Under the pieces are notes generated by a model that was given only the letters and a program-made list of their open reading frames with translations, did no database searches and had not been told where the DNA came from. Positions 38,571 to 48,780 of a stretch of 64,000 nucleotides of DNA are shown here, piece after piece. The stretch is from a virus. Its lineage: Duplodnaviria > Caudoviricetes. Position 1 is the first letter of the stretch; every line of letters begins with the position of its first letter. Position numbers and translations under genes: made by a program. The stretch lies in the IMG/VR virus record IMGVR_UViG_2868946205_000003; one strand, given 5' to 3'.

Positions 38571-39451
38571 GCTTTCCTCGCCACAATGGTCGATGTCATT
38601 TTACTGAGTGCCGGAGAATTGTTTTTCAGCAGCACGCCAGCGGCATCGAACTGCCCGGAGACGGTATTCAATGCGGCGGCCAGATTGCGGCTGTCAACGC
38701 CTGCCAGCGATTGTCGCGCCGATGCCACAAACGTTGCGGCCTGACTGGTATCACGGGCTAACCGCACCGCATCAGGAAAGGACTCTTTGACGGCATTCAG
38801 CGCAGGAATAGATGACATTAGTGGCGCAGTCACGCCGCCTATCTGTGACATCAGACCGGGAATACGGGTTAGTGCAACCGTCGGATTGGTCGCCATCTTC
38901 TGCACCGCCCGTACCGTACTGGCGGCGGTGGTGAGAGCCGATTGTGCTTTCTTCGCATAGCTCACGGCATCGCGTACCGATTGCGCCATGCCACTGGGTT
39001 TGGTGACGGCACTGGTGACAACGCCCGTACCAGGAATGGCGCTATTAATCGCGGGCGGTTTTTGAGAGCTTTTCGGGTCGCCGATGTACTCGCGCAACGT
39101 CACTTCTGCCGTCATGGCCATCACATTCCCAGACGAATCGGTCTGCTGGCTGCTAGCCGTCACGGCGGTAATCACAAACCAGCCGCGATAATCGCCATTA
39201 CCGAATACCAGCGCCAGTGCCTGATGCGCACGCATCGCGCGGCGTAACCGCGACAACTCGTTATCCGGCGTGCAATACAGGCTGTGGAATACCAGGCTAA
39301 TGCGGAACTCATCGAGCTGTTCGCCGACGAACTGCAATCCCGGCTTTCCCTCGATACGGCTATGCTCGGCATAATCGACGCCGAACGTCGATTCAAAACC
39401 GTCCCAGTAGGTAATCAGCTCGAACTCAATATCACCCAATACGGCAAACAT
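38567..39451 (-). CDS. Tail protein, P2 gpU-like
   Basis: MFAVLGDIEF, KPGLQFVG. Confidence 0.88.
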   Translation of the reverse strand: MFAVLGDIEFELITYWDGFESTFGVDYAEHSRIEGKPGLQFVGEQLDEFRISLVFHSLYCTPDNELSRLRRAMRAHQALALVFGNGDYRGWFVITAVTASSQQTDSSGNVMAMTAEVTLREYIGDPKSSQKPPAINSAIPGTGVVTSAVTKPSGMAQSVRDAVSYAKKAQSALTTAASTVRAVQKMATNPTVALTRIPGLMSQIGGVTAPLMSSIPALNAVKESFPDAVRLARDTSQAATFVASARQSLAGVDSRNLAAALNTVSGQFDAAGVLLKNNSPALSKMTSTIVARKA

Positions 39452-42042
39452 CAGGCATACCCCCGTCGTTGTTGTTGCGCCACAATGCGCTCCATCATCT
39501 TCTCAAGTTCGTGCAGGGACAGATTCAGGCCGCGGGTGATTTCCGGTGTGGCTGGCGTTTTCTGCCCATTGAGGTAGATGTTGGGGGAAAACGTCACGCG
39601 CAAGCCACTGTCACGCTCTCCGCTGCCAGACCGGGCTTGCTGTTGTGAGGACGGCATTACCGGTACGGCAGGAGGCTGCGGCATGTCCGGTGGTGTCTTT
39701 GTCAATGGCCCATCGGGTATTACCCTTTGTCGTGGTACAGGCTCACGGGTAAGGGACTGCATAACGGGAGCACGCAAGGGTGATATGCCGACAGCAGGCA
39801 TATCAATCGATGGCATCGTGGGTGTTAATGCATCAGCCAGATTCTGCCCAGCTTTTGCTGCCAGCGGTGTGGTGCGGCTAATTCCTATCGCAGCCCCCTG
39901 CGATATATTATCGCCGAATGACGCAAATACCCGGCTAGGGGAATGAATACCTAATTTCTCGGCAAACCAACCCTTAATATTATCGCCTAATTCACCGACA
40001 ACCTTTTTTGCGCCTTCCCATGCATTTCTAATACCGTTCACCAGACCGCTGATAATATTTGCGCCAAAGTCGGTAAACTTGCTTGGCATATCGATGCCGA
40101 AATATTTCATCACTTCGGCAAATACGGTGTAAAAAATACCGATGGGTGACCAGTTCAGAATCAACTTTGTTACTCCGCCAATGCCACTGCTAAATGCGGT
40201 TGTAATATCATTCCAGCGTGCCCGGAACCAATTACTGATAGGTTCCCAGTAGCGATAAACCAAATAGGCTGCGACGGCGATCCCCGTCACCAATAGCCCT
40301 ATAGGATTCATCAATAATGCGCGGCCCATAATCATCACGGCACGACCCACTAACGTAATACCGCGCATTAAGCCGCCGCCGAGAATTCGTCCCAGCGATA
40401 GAGCACCACGGCCAAGTCGGGTAAACATTCCCAGCCACTGGCGAGCACGACCACCGGCCCCGAATGATGTCCGGAGCAATAGCCATTTGGAGCGCAGCAG
40501 CACCGCGCCTTTCCAGAGGTCAACAACAGGGGATAACAAAAGATTTAAGCCCAGTTTGGTGCCGATAGCCGCTGCTTTAAAGGCCAGCAGCCCTGCAGCG
40601 GCCATCACGACACCTTTCACAATTTCTGGGTTGGCGGCGATCCATTTCCCTGCCTGGTCGATCAGCGGAATAATGGTTTCGCCCAATGAGATTAGCGCTG
40701 GTTTTAATGACTCGCCAATGCCGATAGCCGCTTCATTCATGCGTATTTGGGTTTGTCGCCAGCGTGCCTCTAACGTATCGTTCTGCTTGGCTGCGTCTTT
40801 ATCTAGTGTTTGTTGGGATTCAGGGCTATTCATTTCGGTTTTGTTGGACTGATATTTCCCCCAATCCTGACGCATTGAAATCAAATGCTGGGCAGTCTGA
40901 ATATCAGTAAAAATTTCTGCCATACCGAATGATTCAAATAATTTTTGCTGTGTCTCTTTGTCACCTCTTGCGCCTGCTTTCTGCCATTGTTCGGCAAACG
41001 CTTTACCCTTGCCATCAATAAAACGGTTGGCAATCATGAGCGAGGCTTCATATTGCGAGAACCCCTTTGCGACGTAATCCTGCATCGAGGCTTTATAGTT
41101 AATTCCGGCTTTCTCATATTTCTGAATGGTATCGCTACGGTTCATTGCGGCCAGCCAGTTGGTCATATTAGTGACCGCCTCTTCAGCAGAACCTGAGCCT
41201 TTGGCTACCTCTAAACTGGCTACAATCTGAGTAATCGCATCTTTACCAACAATCCCTTTGGCCGCAAAAGATTTTGCCAAGCCAGGTAGCGCTTTTGCCA
41301 TATCCTTCAACTCAAACGAACCCAGCTTTGCTCCCGTTGCCGCAATTGAAAATGCTTCCTCCATTTCTTTGGGGTCAGTGATTTGCAGCGCAGAGCTGAA
41401 GGCATACGTCATTTTTGCCAGTTCAGTCATATCGCCCTTCGTCGCGGTAGCGGTTTTACCCAGCATTCCTGCAAATTTTGCCGCTTCCACGGGGTTCATC
41501 CCATCCGCAACCAATTGCCCGACGCCGCCCAGTAATGCTTCCTGTGTCTGGTTGACCTTTAATGCTGCTTGTCGAATTGCTGCCCCGATAGCCTGTTCCT
41601 GCGTTTTATCCAGATCACCCGTCACTGCAATATCCCGTAGCCCCGACTCAAAGCTGGCGTATTGCTTTACCGAACTCACAATCGGTGACGCTACCGTTCT
41701 GGCCACGGCATAGGTCTCGGCACCTTTGGCATAGAGTGCCATCCGGTTTGCCCGTGCCGCATCGCTGGTTGCCGCCGCTGCTGCGAGTCGATTTTGCTGG
41801 CGCTGTAGCTGCTCCATGGTTCGCCCGATACGCTGCAGGTCGCTGTTCAGCCGCTGACTGGCGCGTGAACCGAGCTGGCCATAACGTTCTGTGGCCCGCG
41901 TAAGCGCATTTTGGCGCTCCTGCAGACGGCGCGTGGTTTCGCCAATTGAATCCAGCGTGCGGCGGGTTCCCGTTACGGCGCTGCGGAACGCACCGGATAT
42001 GGCGCCGCCAATAATCACGCCTATGGAAAATTCTGTGGCCAC
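39451..42042 (-). CDS. Tape measure protein
   Basis: 863 aa, Ala/Gly-rich helical, LMNPIG, LGIHSPSRVF. Confidence 0.93.
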   Translation of the reverse strand: MATEFSIGVIIGGAISGAFRSAVTGTRRTLDSIGETTRRLQERQNALTRATERYGQLGSRASQRLNSDLQRIGRTMEQLQRQQNRLAAAAATSDAARANRMALYAKGAETYAVARTVASPIVSSVKQYASFESGLRDIAVTGDLDKTQEQAIGAAIRQAALKVNQTQEALLGGVGQLVADGMNPVEAAKFAGMLGKTATATKGDMTELAKMTYAFSSALQITDPKEMEEAFSIAATGAKLGSFELKDMAKALPGLAKSFAAKGIVGKDAITQIVASLEVAKGSGSAEEAVTNMTNWLAAMNRSDTIQKYEKAGINYKASMQDYVAKGFSQYEASLMIANRFIDGKGKAFAEQWQKAGARGDKETQQKLFESFGMAEIFTDIQTAQHLISMRQDWGKYQSNKTEMNSPESQQTLDKDAAKQNDTLEARWRQTQIRMNEAAIGIGESLKPALISLGETIIPLIDQAGKWIAANPEIVKGVVMAAAGLLAFKAAAIGTKLGLNLLLSPVVDLWKGAVLLRSKWLLLRTSFGAGGRARQWLGMFTRLGRGALSLGRILGGGLMRGITLVGRAVMIMGRALLMNPIGLLVTGIAVAAYLVYRYWEPISNWFRARWNDITTAFSSGIGGVTKLILNWSPIGIFYTVFAEVMKYFGIDMPSKFTDFGANIISGLVNGIRNAWEGAKKVVGELGDNIKGWFAEKLGIHSPSRVFASFGDNISQGAAIGISRTTPLAAKAGQNLADALTPTMPSIDMPAVGISPLRAPVMQSLTREPVPRQRVIPDGPLTKTPPDMPQPPAVPVMPSSQQQARSGSGERDSGLRVTFSPNIYLNGQKTPATPEITRGLNLSLHELEKMMERIVAQQQRRGYA

Positions 42043-42084
42043 GATTTATGATTCCTTTTAACGATGCGAAACAGGGATACGGAT

Positions 42085-42354
42085 ATGGAAAACGCACTGA
42101 CGGTATGTAAGGGACTGCTGATAACGGTATTCGGCGGGATATATATTTATCTGCTGGCAAAACTGGCTATCTATACCGTCAACAGCAGCAGTGAGCCGTT
42201 TGTCTGGGTGCTGATGATTGGCGGCGGTGCGGCATTATTATCGCTGGCAATGGCAGTTGCCGCGTTTCTCCTGCAACCCGCCGTCTATTTGCTGGCCGCG
42301 ATATTTGCGGGCGTTGGTGCCCTGATTAGTCGCTATCGCCGTTCTCACGTTTAA
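42085..42354 (+). CDS. Antisense-oriented membrane protein inside the tail operon
   Basis: 89 aa, about three TM segments, basic tail. Confidence 0.7.
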   Translation: MENALTVCKGLLITVFGGIYIYLLAKLAIYTVNSSSEPFVWVLMIGGGAALLSLAMAVAAFLLQPAVYLLAAIFAGVGALISRYRRSHV

Positions 42355-42509
42355 TCTGTTCGCTGGCTGTTTCCAGCCAGCTCTCAAACTCATCCAGATC
42401 CAGCTCATTCAACTCACTTGGCTGAAACCGAAACCACCTCGCCAGCAGCGCCTGTGCTTGAATCAATGTTTTCGGATGATGTAACCACCCCTGTAAGGTG
42501 CTGAAATCG
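42326..42509 (-). CDS. Tail assembly chaperone frameshift extension (gpE'-like)
   Basis: ALLARWFRFQPSELNELDLDEFESW in the +1/-2 frame relative to the chaperone; the start coordinate is approximate. Confidence 0.75.
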
Positions 42510-42731
42510 TTTTTGTAGCGCCAGATAGTCAGCCAAATCCATCCCATCCAAATCTTCAGGCGGCAGACCGCTGGAACGCGCAATCAGCAGGTCATCCCAG
42601 TCTTCGGCTTTATCACTGATTTTTCGTACCGCTTTCAGGTCTTTGACCTGCAGACGCCGCAGGGACAGGGATTCCAGTTTGACGCCTGCGGCAGTGGAGT
42701 AAGGGATCGATAACGTAAAGGTTTCAGACAT
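42414..42731 (-). CDS. Tail assembly chaperone (gpE/gp41-like)
   Basis: LRRLQVKDL, EDLDGMDLADY; between tube and TMP genes. Confidence 0.88.
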   Translation of the reverse strand: MSETFTLSIPYSTAAGVKLESLSLRRLQVKDLKAVRKISDKAEDWDDLLIARSSGLPPEDLDGMDLADYLALQKRFQHLTGVVTSSENIDSSTGAAGEVVSVSAK

Positions 42732-42775
42732 GCTGATGCTCCTGGTGACATTAATGTGAATTAGCGTTCAGGGGC

Positions 42776-42818
42776 AGTATGGTGCGGGGCGGGGAGAATC
42801 AATATTAATGGCAGTTAA
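42776..42818 (-). promoter_or_regulatory. Activator-dependent late promoter (chaperone/TMP)
   Basis: TTAA-N6-TTAA at 42805-42818, 23 nt from -10 CATACT. Confidence 0.75.
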
Positions 42819-42869
42819 CGAAAAAGGAGGGAAACCTATTCCTCCTTTATACAGAAATACAGCAGTTGC

Positions 42870-43070
42870 TTAGTTCAGTTGTAGCACGCCATGCTGCTCA
42901 GACTCGGAATAGGCAATCAGCCCGCAATACTCCGGCACGAGAGTGCCATCATTGGCTTCAAAGGCGGGAATGGTGCCGTGGGTGATGGTATACGCTGGCT
43001 GGCCTTCCGATTCTGCAAACTCAGCAAGCGCCTTGATCTGCTCTGCGCGTAATACGATTTTCTCACTCAT
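42870..43070 (-). CDS. Small hypothetical protein
   Basis: 66 aa directly after the tube gene. Confidence 0.65.
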   Translation of the reverse strand: MSEKIVLRAEQIKALAEFAESEGQPAYTITHGTIPAFEANDGTLVPEYCGLIAYSESEQHGVLQLN

Positions 43071-43076
43071 AGTATT

Positions 43077-43601
43077 TTAGCCCCCGATATTCATACGATA
43101 GTCCGTCAGCTGGTCGATGCCACCCACGCGGAAGATATTGGCCAGATAATCCAGCTCCAGCAGCTCTTCGCCGTCCAGTACCTGCTTCAGATAAGAACAG
43201 GTGAAGCTACTGGAGAACTCGGCGTTCTCATGCTGCTTGAACGTACCCAACGGGTTCTTCTTGAACATGATGGTCATGTACGTCACCAGCGGGATTTCAT
43301 CAATGCGTCCCTGGGAACTGTAACGCTCAACGCTGGAGCGGCACTGCAACGCCAGCGTTTTATAAGGGTTCGCCGCACCGAGCATGGCATCACGGTAGAA
43401 CGAGTTCCACTTGATCTCGCCCTCCAGTTTGTCGAACCCGGCAGGCAGTTCAACCTTACCTACCATCCCCAGCGCCTTATGCTCCTGCATCACCATGCTG
43501 ACATCCGGCAGTTTCACCTCTTCAGCACGCCCCAGCAGGTTCACCCCATCCAGATAGATATTGGCGTTGGTGATGCGGTTCACTTCAATTTTCCCGGCCA
43601 T
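43077..43601 (-). CDS. Major tail tube protein (FII-like)
   Basis: NANIYLDG, EEVKLP, GFDKLE. Confidence 0.92.
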   Translation of the reverse strand: MAGKIEVNRITNANIYLDGVNLLGRAEEVKLPDVSMVMQEHKALGMVGKVELPAGFDKLEGEIKWNSFYRDAMLGAANPYKTLALQCRSSVERYSSQGRIDEIPLVTYMTIMFKKNPLGTFKQHENAEFSSSFTCSYLKQVLDGEELLELDYLANIFRVGGIDQLTDYRMNIGG

Positions 43602-45028
43602 CAGCTATTGCCCTCCAACGTGACCAGATATTCGGAGGTGATCTCCGTCTCGAACGTCAACCGCTCCAACGGCGGTGGCGGCGTGTATTTGTAGCTCAAC
43701 AACAGGTGACCCGCTGCAAGCTCTGTTTCTTCATTACGTGCCGGGTCATACCAGCATTTGAAACCCAACAGCGCACCGTCACCAATCAGCTTGCGGCCAT
43801 AGCCGTTAACCGACTCGGTCAGCGCGTCGATCAACGCCTGAGTGATCGGCATATCGATGTATTGCTGGCTGAAGTAGCGGATGGACTCGTTGATCACATC
43901 ACCGGTGCGGCGCACGTTCTCAAAGTTGCGCATATGGGTCACGGTTGGCCACGCCGCACAGCGATTGCCCCACAGGCGCAGCCCGGAGCCATAGCTGTTG
44001 AACACGGTGGTGATCCCTTGTTCGTTCAGCAGGTTCACTTCACTGTTCGGGTCGTCGATCATCGCTGATAACTGACGCTCCACGCCGGTGATGCCCAGCA
44101 GCTCTTGATTGGAAGACGACCACCAGAAACCTCTCTCCAAATCGACTTTGGCACGTAATCCTGCCGCACGCTGCGACAGCGGCTCCAGCCGTTCGCTGTT
44201 GGTTTGTGCGTCATAGACTTTGACGTGCGGATAGCACAGCCGCACCCGGTCTGAACTGGTATTGAAGTTGATGCTGCCCGTTGGCCCTCGGCCCGCCAGC
44301 ACCTGCGCAAACGTGGTGCCAATCGGCGCATCGATATAGGTGATGGCATCCAGTTTGTCAGCCAACGCAATCAGCTCCACGCTGACGCTGTTCTGGGTGC
44401 AGAACACCGGCGCAATGAGGATTTTGGCAAAGAAGCCGAATTGGTTATAGGTATCGTGCAGCAGCTTCATGCCGGTACGGTTCCCCGCTGCATTGACCGC
44501 CCCGATAATTTCCGCTGCCGTTACTTTGGTCGGGTCAGCGTAATCGTAGCTGGCCAGCACCGCGTCCTCTGTCGGAATGTTGCTGTTTAGTCGGGTAATC
44601 ACACCGGTTTGCGCATCGAGCTGGTAGTCTGTGCCATCAATATACGGTGTGGTTTCCAGTGACTGACGCAACACCAGCTTAGCAATCGCACGCTGTGCCA
44701 GTTGCGCTTTTCCTGTCGCGGCGGCAAACGTCACGCTGGCATTATCGACATGGGTTTTATGCACATCCGGGTCGAGCACATTAATCACCAGCACCGTTCC
44801 CGCTCCGTGGTCGTAAATCGCATCCAGCGCCTGCGGGATGGTGAAACCACTGTATTGGCTACCGAACTGCTCCGCATCTTTCTCTGACAGGCACAGCGTA
44901 ACGGTATTGACCGGCCCCGTGGGTGCCGTGCCGATGAGGCCGATAACGGCAGATTTCACGGTTTTCACCGGACGTGCGCCGTTTTCCACTTCCGTGGTTT
45001 CGACGCCGTGTAAATAGTTAGCTGCCAC
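43601..45028 (-). CDS. Tail sheath protein (FI-like)
   Basis: YLHGVET, SAVIGLIGTAP, LRLWGNR, YTPPPPLERLTF. Confidence 0.95.
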   Translation of the reverse strand: MAANYLHGVETTEVENGARPVKTVKSAVIGLIGTAPTGPVNTVTLCLSEKDAEQFGSQYSGFTIPQALDAIYDHGAGTVLVINVLDPDVHKTHVDNASVTFAAATGKAQLAQRAIAKLVLRQSLETTPYIDGTDYQLDAQTGVITRLNSNIPTEDAVLASYDYADPTKVTAAEIIGAVNAAGNRTGMKLLHDTYNQFGFFAKILIAPVFCTQNSVSVELIALADKLDAITYIDAPIGTTFAQVLAGRGPTGSINFNTSSDRVRLCYPHVKVYDAQTNSERLEPLSQRAAGLRAKVDLERGFWWSSSNQELLGITGVERQLSAMIDDPNSEVNLLNEQGITTVFNSYGSGLRLWGNRCAAWPTVTHMRNFENVRRTGDVINESIRYFSQQYIDMPITQALIDALTESVNGYGRKLIGDGALLGFKCWYDPARNEETELAAGHLLLSYKYTPPPPLERLTFETEITSEYLVTLEGNS

Positions 45029-45242
45029 TGTTCACCTCCGTTTTCTCGTCAACGGTATTTTTACGGCGGGAGGCGGATACGGCGATGACATCCGGCTCGG
45101 CGTGTAAATGCTTCAGCGCAACCAGCGTTTTGACGTAGTCGTGCGCCTCCGGTAGATCAACCACGCTGTCTGGCCACAACAGCACCTCGGTGCCGTCAGC
45201 CAGCGTGACGCCGCTGGATGGCCCGGTATAACGGTATTTCAT
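45018..45242 (-). CDS. Small structural/hypothetical protein
   Basis: Overlaps both neighbours. Confidence 0.75.
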   Translation of the reverse strand: MKYRYTGPSSGVTLADGTEVLLWPDSVVDLPEAHDYVKTLVALKHLHAEPDVIAVSASRRKNTVDEKTEVNSGS

Positions 45243-45706
45243 GATTCGCTTTCCTCATAGTTGACCAGGGACAGTAACGGCCCATCGGGTAAATCGGTGT
45301 CTTCCAACTGGACGGATTCGGTGGAGAAATCCAGCGCGTACTGCCACAGCCCGCCGACATTGCCCAGAAACACGTCACGCACCAGCCAAATTTTGCGGCG
45401 GCAGTTCGGCGGTTTGTAACCGCACAGCACCCGACGCACTACATCCAGCACCGCCACCGCACCCTGACGTCCATTAAGTTGACGAAACACCACGGTGGTG
45501 TTCAGCGTAATGGTGTGGGACTGCATCACCGCACCGATATCTTCCGGCTTGCCAAAGCGGGAACCGGCGTAACTCACCAGTACCGCGCCAACCGGATGAT
45601 TAAGGCGGAAGTCAGCAGGCTTCTCAGGGAAATACTCAATCTGTAGCTGGGGCAGTTTTTCTTTCAGACGGGCAACCACTGCTTCGATAACCGGATTGAC
45701 GTCCAT
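45239..45706 (-). CDS. Gp37-family tail terminator-like protein
   Basis: LNHPVGAVLVSYAGS, GLWQYA; position. Confidence 0.8.
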   Translation of the reverse strand: MDVNPVIEAVVARLKEKLPQLQIEYFPEKPADFRLNHPVGAVLVSYAGSRFGKPEDIGAVMQSHTITLNTTVVFRQLNGRQGAVAVLDVVRRVLCGYKPPNCRRKIWLVRDVFLGNVGGLWQYALDFSTESVQLEDTDLPDGPLLSLVNYEESES

Positions 45707-46152
45707 CAGTATTTCTCCAGCATGCCATTGTTGCCGCCAAAGGTGGCGCGGCGCGCCCGTACCCGAAACTCGCCGGATTCCGGTACATCCTGACTGGTTG
45801 ATGGTAAGGCCAGCGTCAGCTTCGCATCACGAATATCCACCAGTTGACGCGTGGCCACCTTGTTGTCGTCTTTGACCGTATCCGGCATCGTCCCTTCCGG
45901 GCGACGGGCATATAACCGGTAGCGGGTCAGCGTGACCGCAATGTCGCGTAGCACGGTGGGGATTTCAGCCAGCGGCAAGGTGTAACGCCCACGTAAATGA
46001 GCATCGATCAACTCATCGGCATAGCGGATGCAACTGTCCACAACCTTGGTGTTAACCGGTGGTGGCGCATCAAAGCCAACCGTTTCATTGGTCAACTGGA
46101 TCAGCGTGGACTCCGGCACCTGTTCGAGTAAATCCGCCAACGTGCAGTACAT
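45706..46152 (-). CDS. Mu gp36/DUF1320 head-tail connector
   Basis: MYCTLADL, IDAHLRGRYTLPL. Confidence 0.88.
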   Translation of the reverse strand: MYCTLADLLEQVPESTLIQLTNETVGFDAPPPVNTKVVDSCIRYADELIDAHLRGRYTLPLAEIPTVLRDIAVTLTRYRLYARRPEGTMPDTVKDDNKVATRQLVDIRDAKLTLALPSTSQDVPESGEFRVRARRATFGGNNGMLEKY

Positions 46153-46154
46153 GA

Positions 46155-46493
46155 CTACACCCCGCGCAGGATTCGGATGACGTCACCTTCGGCGAGGGCT
46201 GCATCCAGTGCGATGCCATTCGATACGCCCGCTTCCGTCAGCAGAATGGCTCGGGCTGCATTGTCGGACTGGACAGACATACCACGCCCGACAGCCGCAC
46301 CGGCTTCAACGACAACAATACCGAGCACATTAACTGGCACTGCATCGCCTGCCGCACCATCTACTTCGGCAACGCCCAATGCGGCAGCACCTGCCTTACA
46401 CGGAGCGTTATCCGCACCGACAAAACGCTGCTGTGCCAGGGCAGCAGTGGCCAGAACCGTGGTGGTCAGAATGACCTGTTGTGTGGCTCCCAT
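46155..46493 (-). CDS. DUF2190-like capsid cement protein
   Basis: GIALDAALAEGDVIRIL; after the capsid gene. Confidence 0.8.
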   Translation of the reverse strand: MGATQQVILTTTVLATAALAQQRFVGADNAPCKAGAAALGVAEVDGAAGDAVPVNVLGIVVVEAGAAVGRGMSVQSDNAARAILLTEAGVSNGIALDAALAEGDVIRILRGV

Positions 46494-46503
46494 AATGCCC
46501 CCG

Positions 46504-47439
46504 TTATTTCAGGATATTGGTGATGAGATACCCGGCATCGCCGCCAACTACCGCGACTTTGTAGATATCGGTGAAACGTGCGTAGGAGACTTTGCCGCCC
46601 ACGCCCGGATATTTGTCGGAAACAGGCATCCCTTTGCGCCGGAAGGTGTAGCCGAACGACGGTTCGTTTTCGTCCGCGCTTTCCGTACCAGGCTGTGGTG
46701 GTGAAACGTAGTGCAGCATCAGGTTGTCAGCCCAAACATCAATGGGACCTTTCTTACTGTCCGGGCTGGACACTGGCTCACCGATCACCACTTTCTGGAT
46801 CTGGAAAATATCCTGCAGAATTTCTGCTGTAATGCGCTTACGCTCATTGGCACCAATCTGTGCCTGAATAGCGGGGTGATAACGCAATACCGACATCACG
46901 CTGGCACCCATTGTCATCAAATTCGGGCGTAAGCCCGTTGCATTACGGACAGCTTCGATACCTGCTTCAATCGCGGTGACAGGTTCACCCTTACCGTTTG
47001 CCCAACGCTCTGCGGCAGCCAGCGCCTTTTTCGAGCCAGCCAGATAAACCTTAGGGTCTTGCGCCAGTCGGGCGGCATACAGTTCGCGTTTCAGATTGAC
47101 GCCGTTGGTCGCACGGCGAATGGCTTTTGCCTCTTCGTTGAACAGCGATTCGGCCTGTTCGCGGTAGTCGACTGGGGCGGCCAGATCGTGCTCGTTGAGC
47201 ACCAAATCCATCGAACTGGATTTCTCACGCAGCAGAACGTTACTTTCTGCGCCGACTGCACGTTCAGTGTCATATTCAACAAATGCGCCTTTACCGAACA
47301 GCGGCACCACAATGCCTTCCTTTTCCACCTGAACGATGGGGAAAATGCTCTCGCCGATAAACGCGGCATTCTTGTAACCCCGTGCCACACTGGTCAACAC
47401 AGGGTCAACGACGCGTTTACCTCTTAAATAATCAGACAT
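46504..47439 (-). CDS. Major capsid protein
   Basis: VDPVLTSVARGY, PSFGYT; after the protease gene. Confidence 0.88.
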   Translation of the reverse strand: MSDYLRGKRVVDPVLTSVARGYKNAAFIGESIFPIVQVEKEGIVVPLFGKGAFVEYDTERAVGAESNVLLREKSSSMDLVLNEHDLAAPVDYREQAESLFNEEAKAIRRATNGVNLKRELYAARLAQDPKVYLAGSKKALAAAERWANGKGEPVTAIEAGIEAVRNATGLRPNLMTMGASVMSVLRYHPAIQAQIGANERKRITAEILQDIFQIQKVVIGEPVSSPDSKKGPIDVWADNLMLHYVSPPQPGTESADENEPSFGYTFRRKGMPVSDKYPGVGGKVSYARFTDIYKVAVVGGDAGYLITNILK

Positions 47440-47475
47440 GATGTCTCCTTTTCTTACAGTGACGGATTTCAGCGG

Positions 47476-48585
47476 TTACAGGCAGCGTGCGACAGCAGCG
47501 TCGTAGCTAATGCCTTCTTTCTTCGCCAGCGCCGTGGCTTTTTGGTGCAGTGCCAGGCGCTCAGGATCGGCTTCAGCAAATTCCGCTGACATCGTGGTGA
47601 GATCGACGTTGACGCGATCTTTGGTGGCGTGCTCACTGAAATCCAGTACAGGTGTCGCACCGCCTAACAGCTCCTTAAACGCGCTGGCCAGCGGCTTTTT
47701 CACCTCACCTTCGGCGAACTCAACCGGCTGCTCGCCTTTGGAGACTTCATCCAGCAGCGCCACGACAACCGCTTTTGCGGCTGGCACCAGACGGCCTTCC
47801 GTCACCAGTTTTTCAGCAAAGGCGACGTTGCCGGTATGTACCGTTTCCTGCCGCTGCTTCACATCAGCAGCCAGTCGGGTGGCAGCATCTGCCTTCAGGC
47901 GGGCGTTCTCGGCCTGCAGGGCCTCAATTTCTTCTTTGGTCACAGTGGTGTCCTCATGGGTAGATGTAGGATTAGCGGGGTTGGGTTCCTGAAATGCCGG
48001 GTCGGCTTGTACGGTTTTGTCCTCCCGCATCGCTTCATCACGCAGCGTATCGAGTTGCCACGACGGCAGAACGCTATCGGCGTCTTCCATGCCGAATTTG
48101 CTGATGATGAACTCACGCAGGCGACTGAACAGGCTGGCGCTGGTCATCATTCCCCAGTCGGCGAACTCGACCACGCCATCTTCCTGTTCATTGAAGGCTA
48201 CCTGCTTCAACCCCTTAATCGACGGCGGCTGTGCGCCGAGGAACCCTACATGGCGCAGATAGAGCGTGCCGGGCTTCGGGTTATTGGGCGAATCAGGCAG
48301 GTAGAACGAGGCGGAGACTTTCTTGTAACGGCCTGCATCCACGAGTTCAGCGAACTGCGGATCGACCTGCTTAGGTTCAGCCAGCAGATCGCCGCCGCTG
48401 GTTGACAATGAAGCCACCCAGCCATAGGCCGGAGCATCCGCTTTAGGGTGGCCGATCACCATCGGGGCCTCATGCACCGCCGGATCATAAGCAGCCGCAC
48501 ACGCGACCAAATCAGCAGGCGTGAACGGCAATTTCGTGCCGTGCATATCGGTATGGGTGCCGGATTTAAAAATGTGGAGTGGCAT
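47476..48585 (-). CDS. Head maturation protease/scaffold (Mu gpI-like)
   Basis: APMVIGHP, YKKVSASF, LRHVGFLGAQPPSIKGL. Confidence 0.9.
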   Translation of the reverse strand: MPLHIFKSGTHTDMHGTKLPFTPADLVACAAAYDPAVHEAPMVIGHPKADAPAYGWVASLSTSGGDLLAEPKQVDPQFAELVDAGRYKKVSASFYLPDSPNNPKPGTLYLRHVGFLGAQPPSIKGLKQVAFNEQEDGVVEFADWGMMTSASLFSRLREFIISKFGMEDADSVLPSWQLDTLRDEAMREDKTVQADPAFQEPNPANPTSTHEDTTVTKEEIEALQAENARLKADAATRLAADVKQRQETVHTGNVAFAEKLVTEGRLVPAAKAVVVALLDEVSKGEQPVEFAEGEVKKPLASAFKELLGGATPVLDFSEHATKDRVNVDLTTMSAEFAEADPERLALHQKATALAKKEGISYDAAVARCL

Positions 48586-48615
48586 AGTGCTGTCCCGGTT
48601 TGGAAAACTCAGAAC

Positions 48616-48658
48616 AGTGTCGACGGAACCGTTAAATCTGGCTGTTAACCCCCATTAA
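48616..48658 (-). promoter_or_regulatory. Activator-dependent late promoter (PI-like)
   Basis: TTAA-N6-TTAA at 48645-48658, 23 nt from -10 GACACT. Confidence 0.75.
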
Positions 48659-48780
48659 GAAAAACGGGGAGCAAAGCCGGTTTGGTATGATGGGAATAGT
48701 GCGGCTGTAAAGCCTTTATAAAGGAATTTAAGCCATTTTTCAGGATAGGCGGCACATTGGCTTAACCGTGCCGCCTGAAA

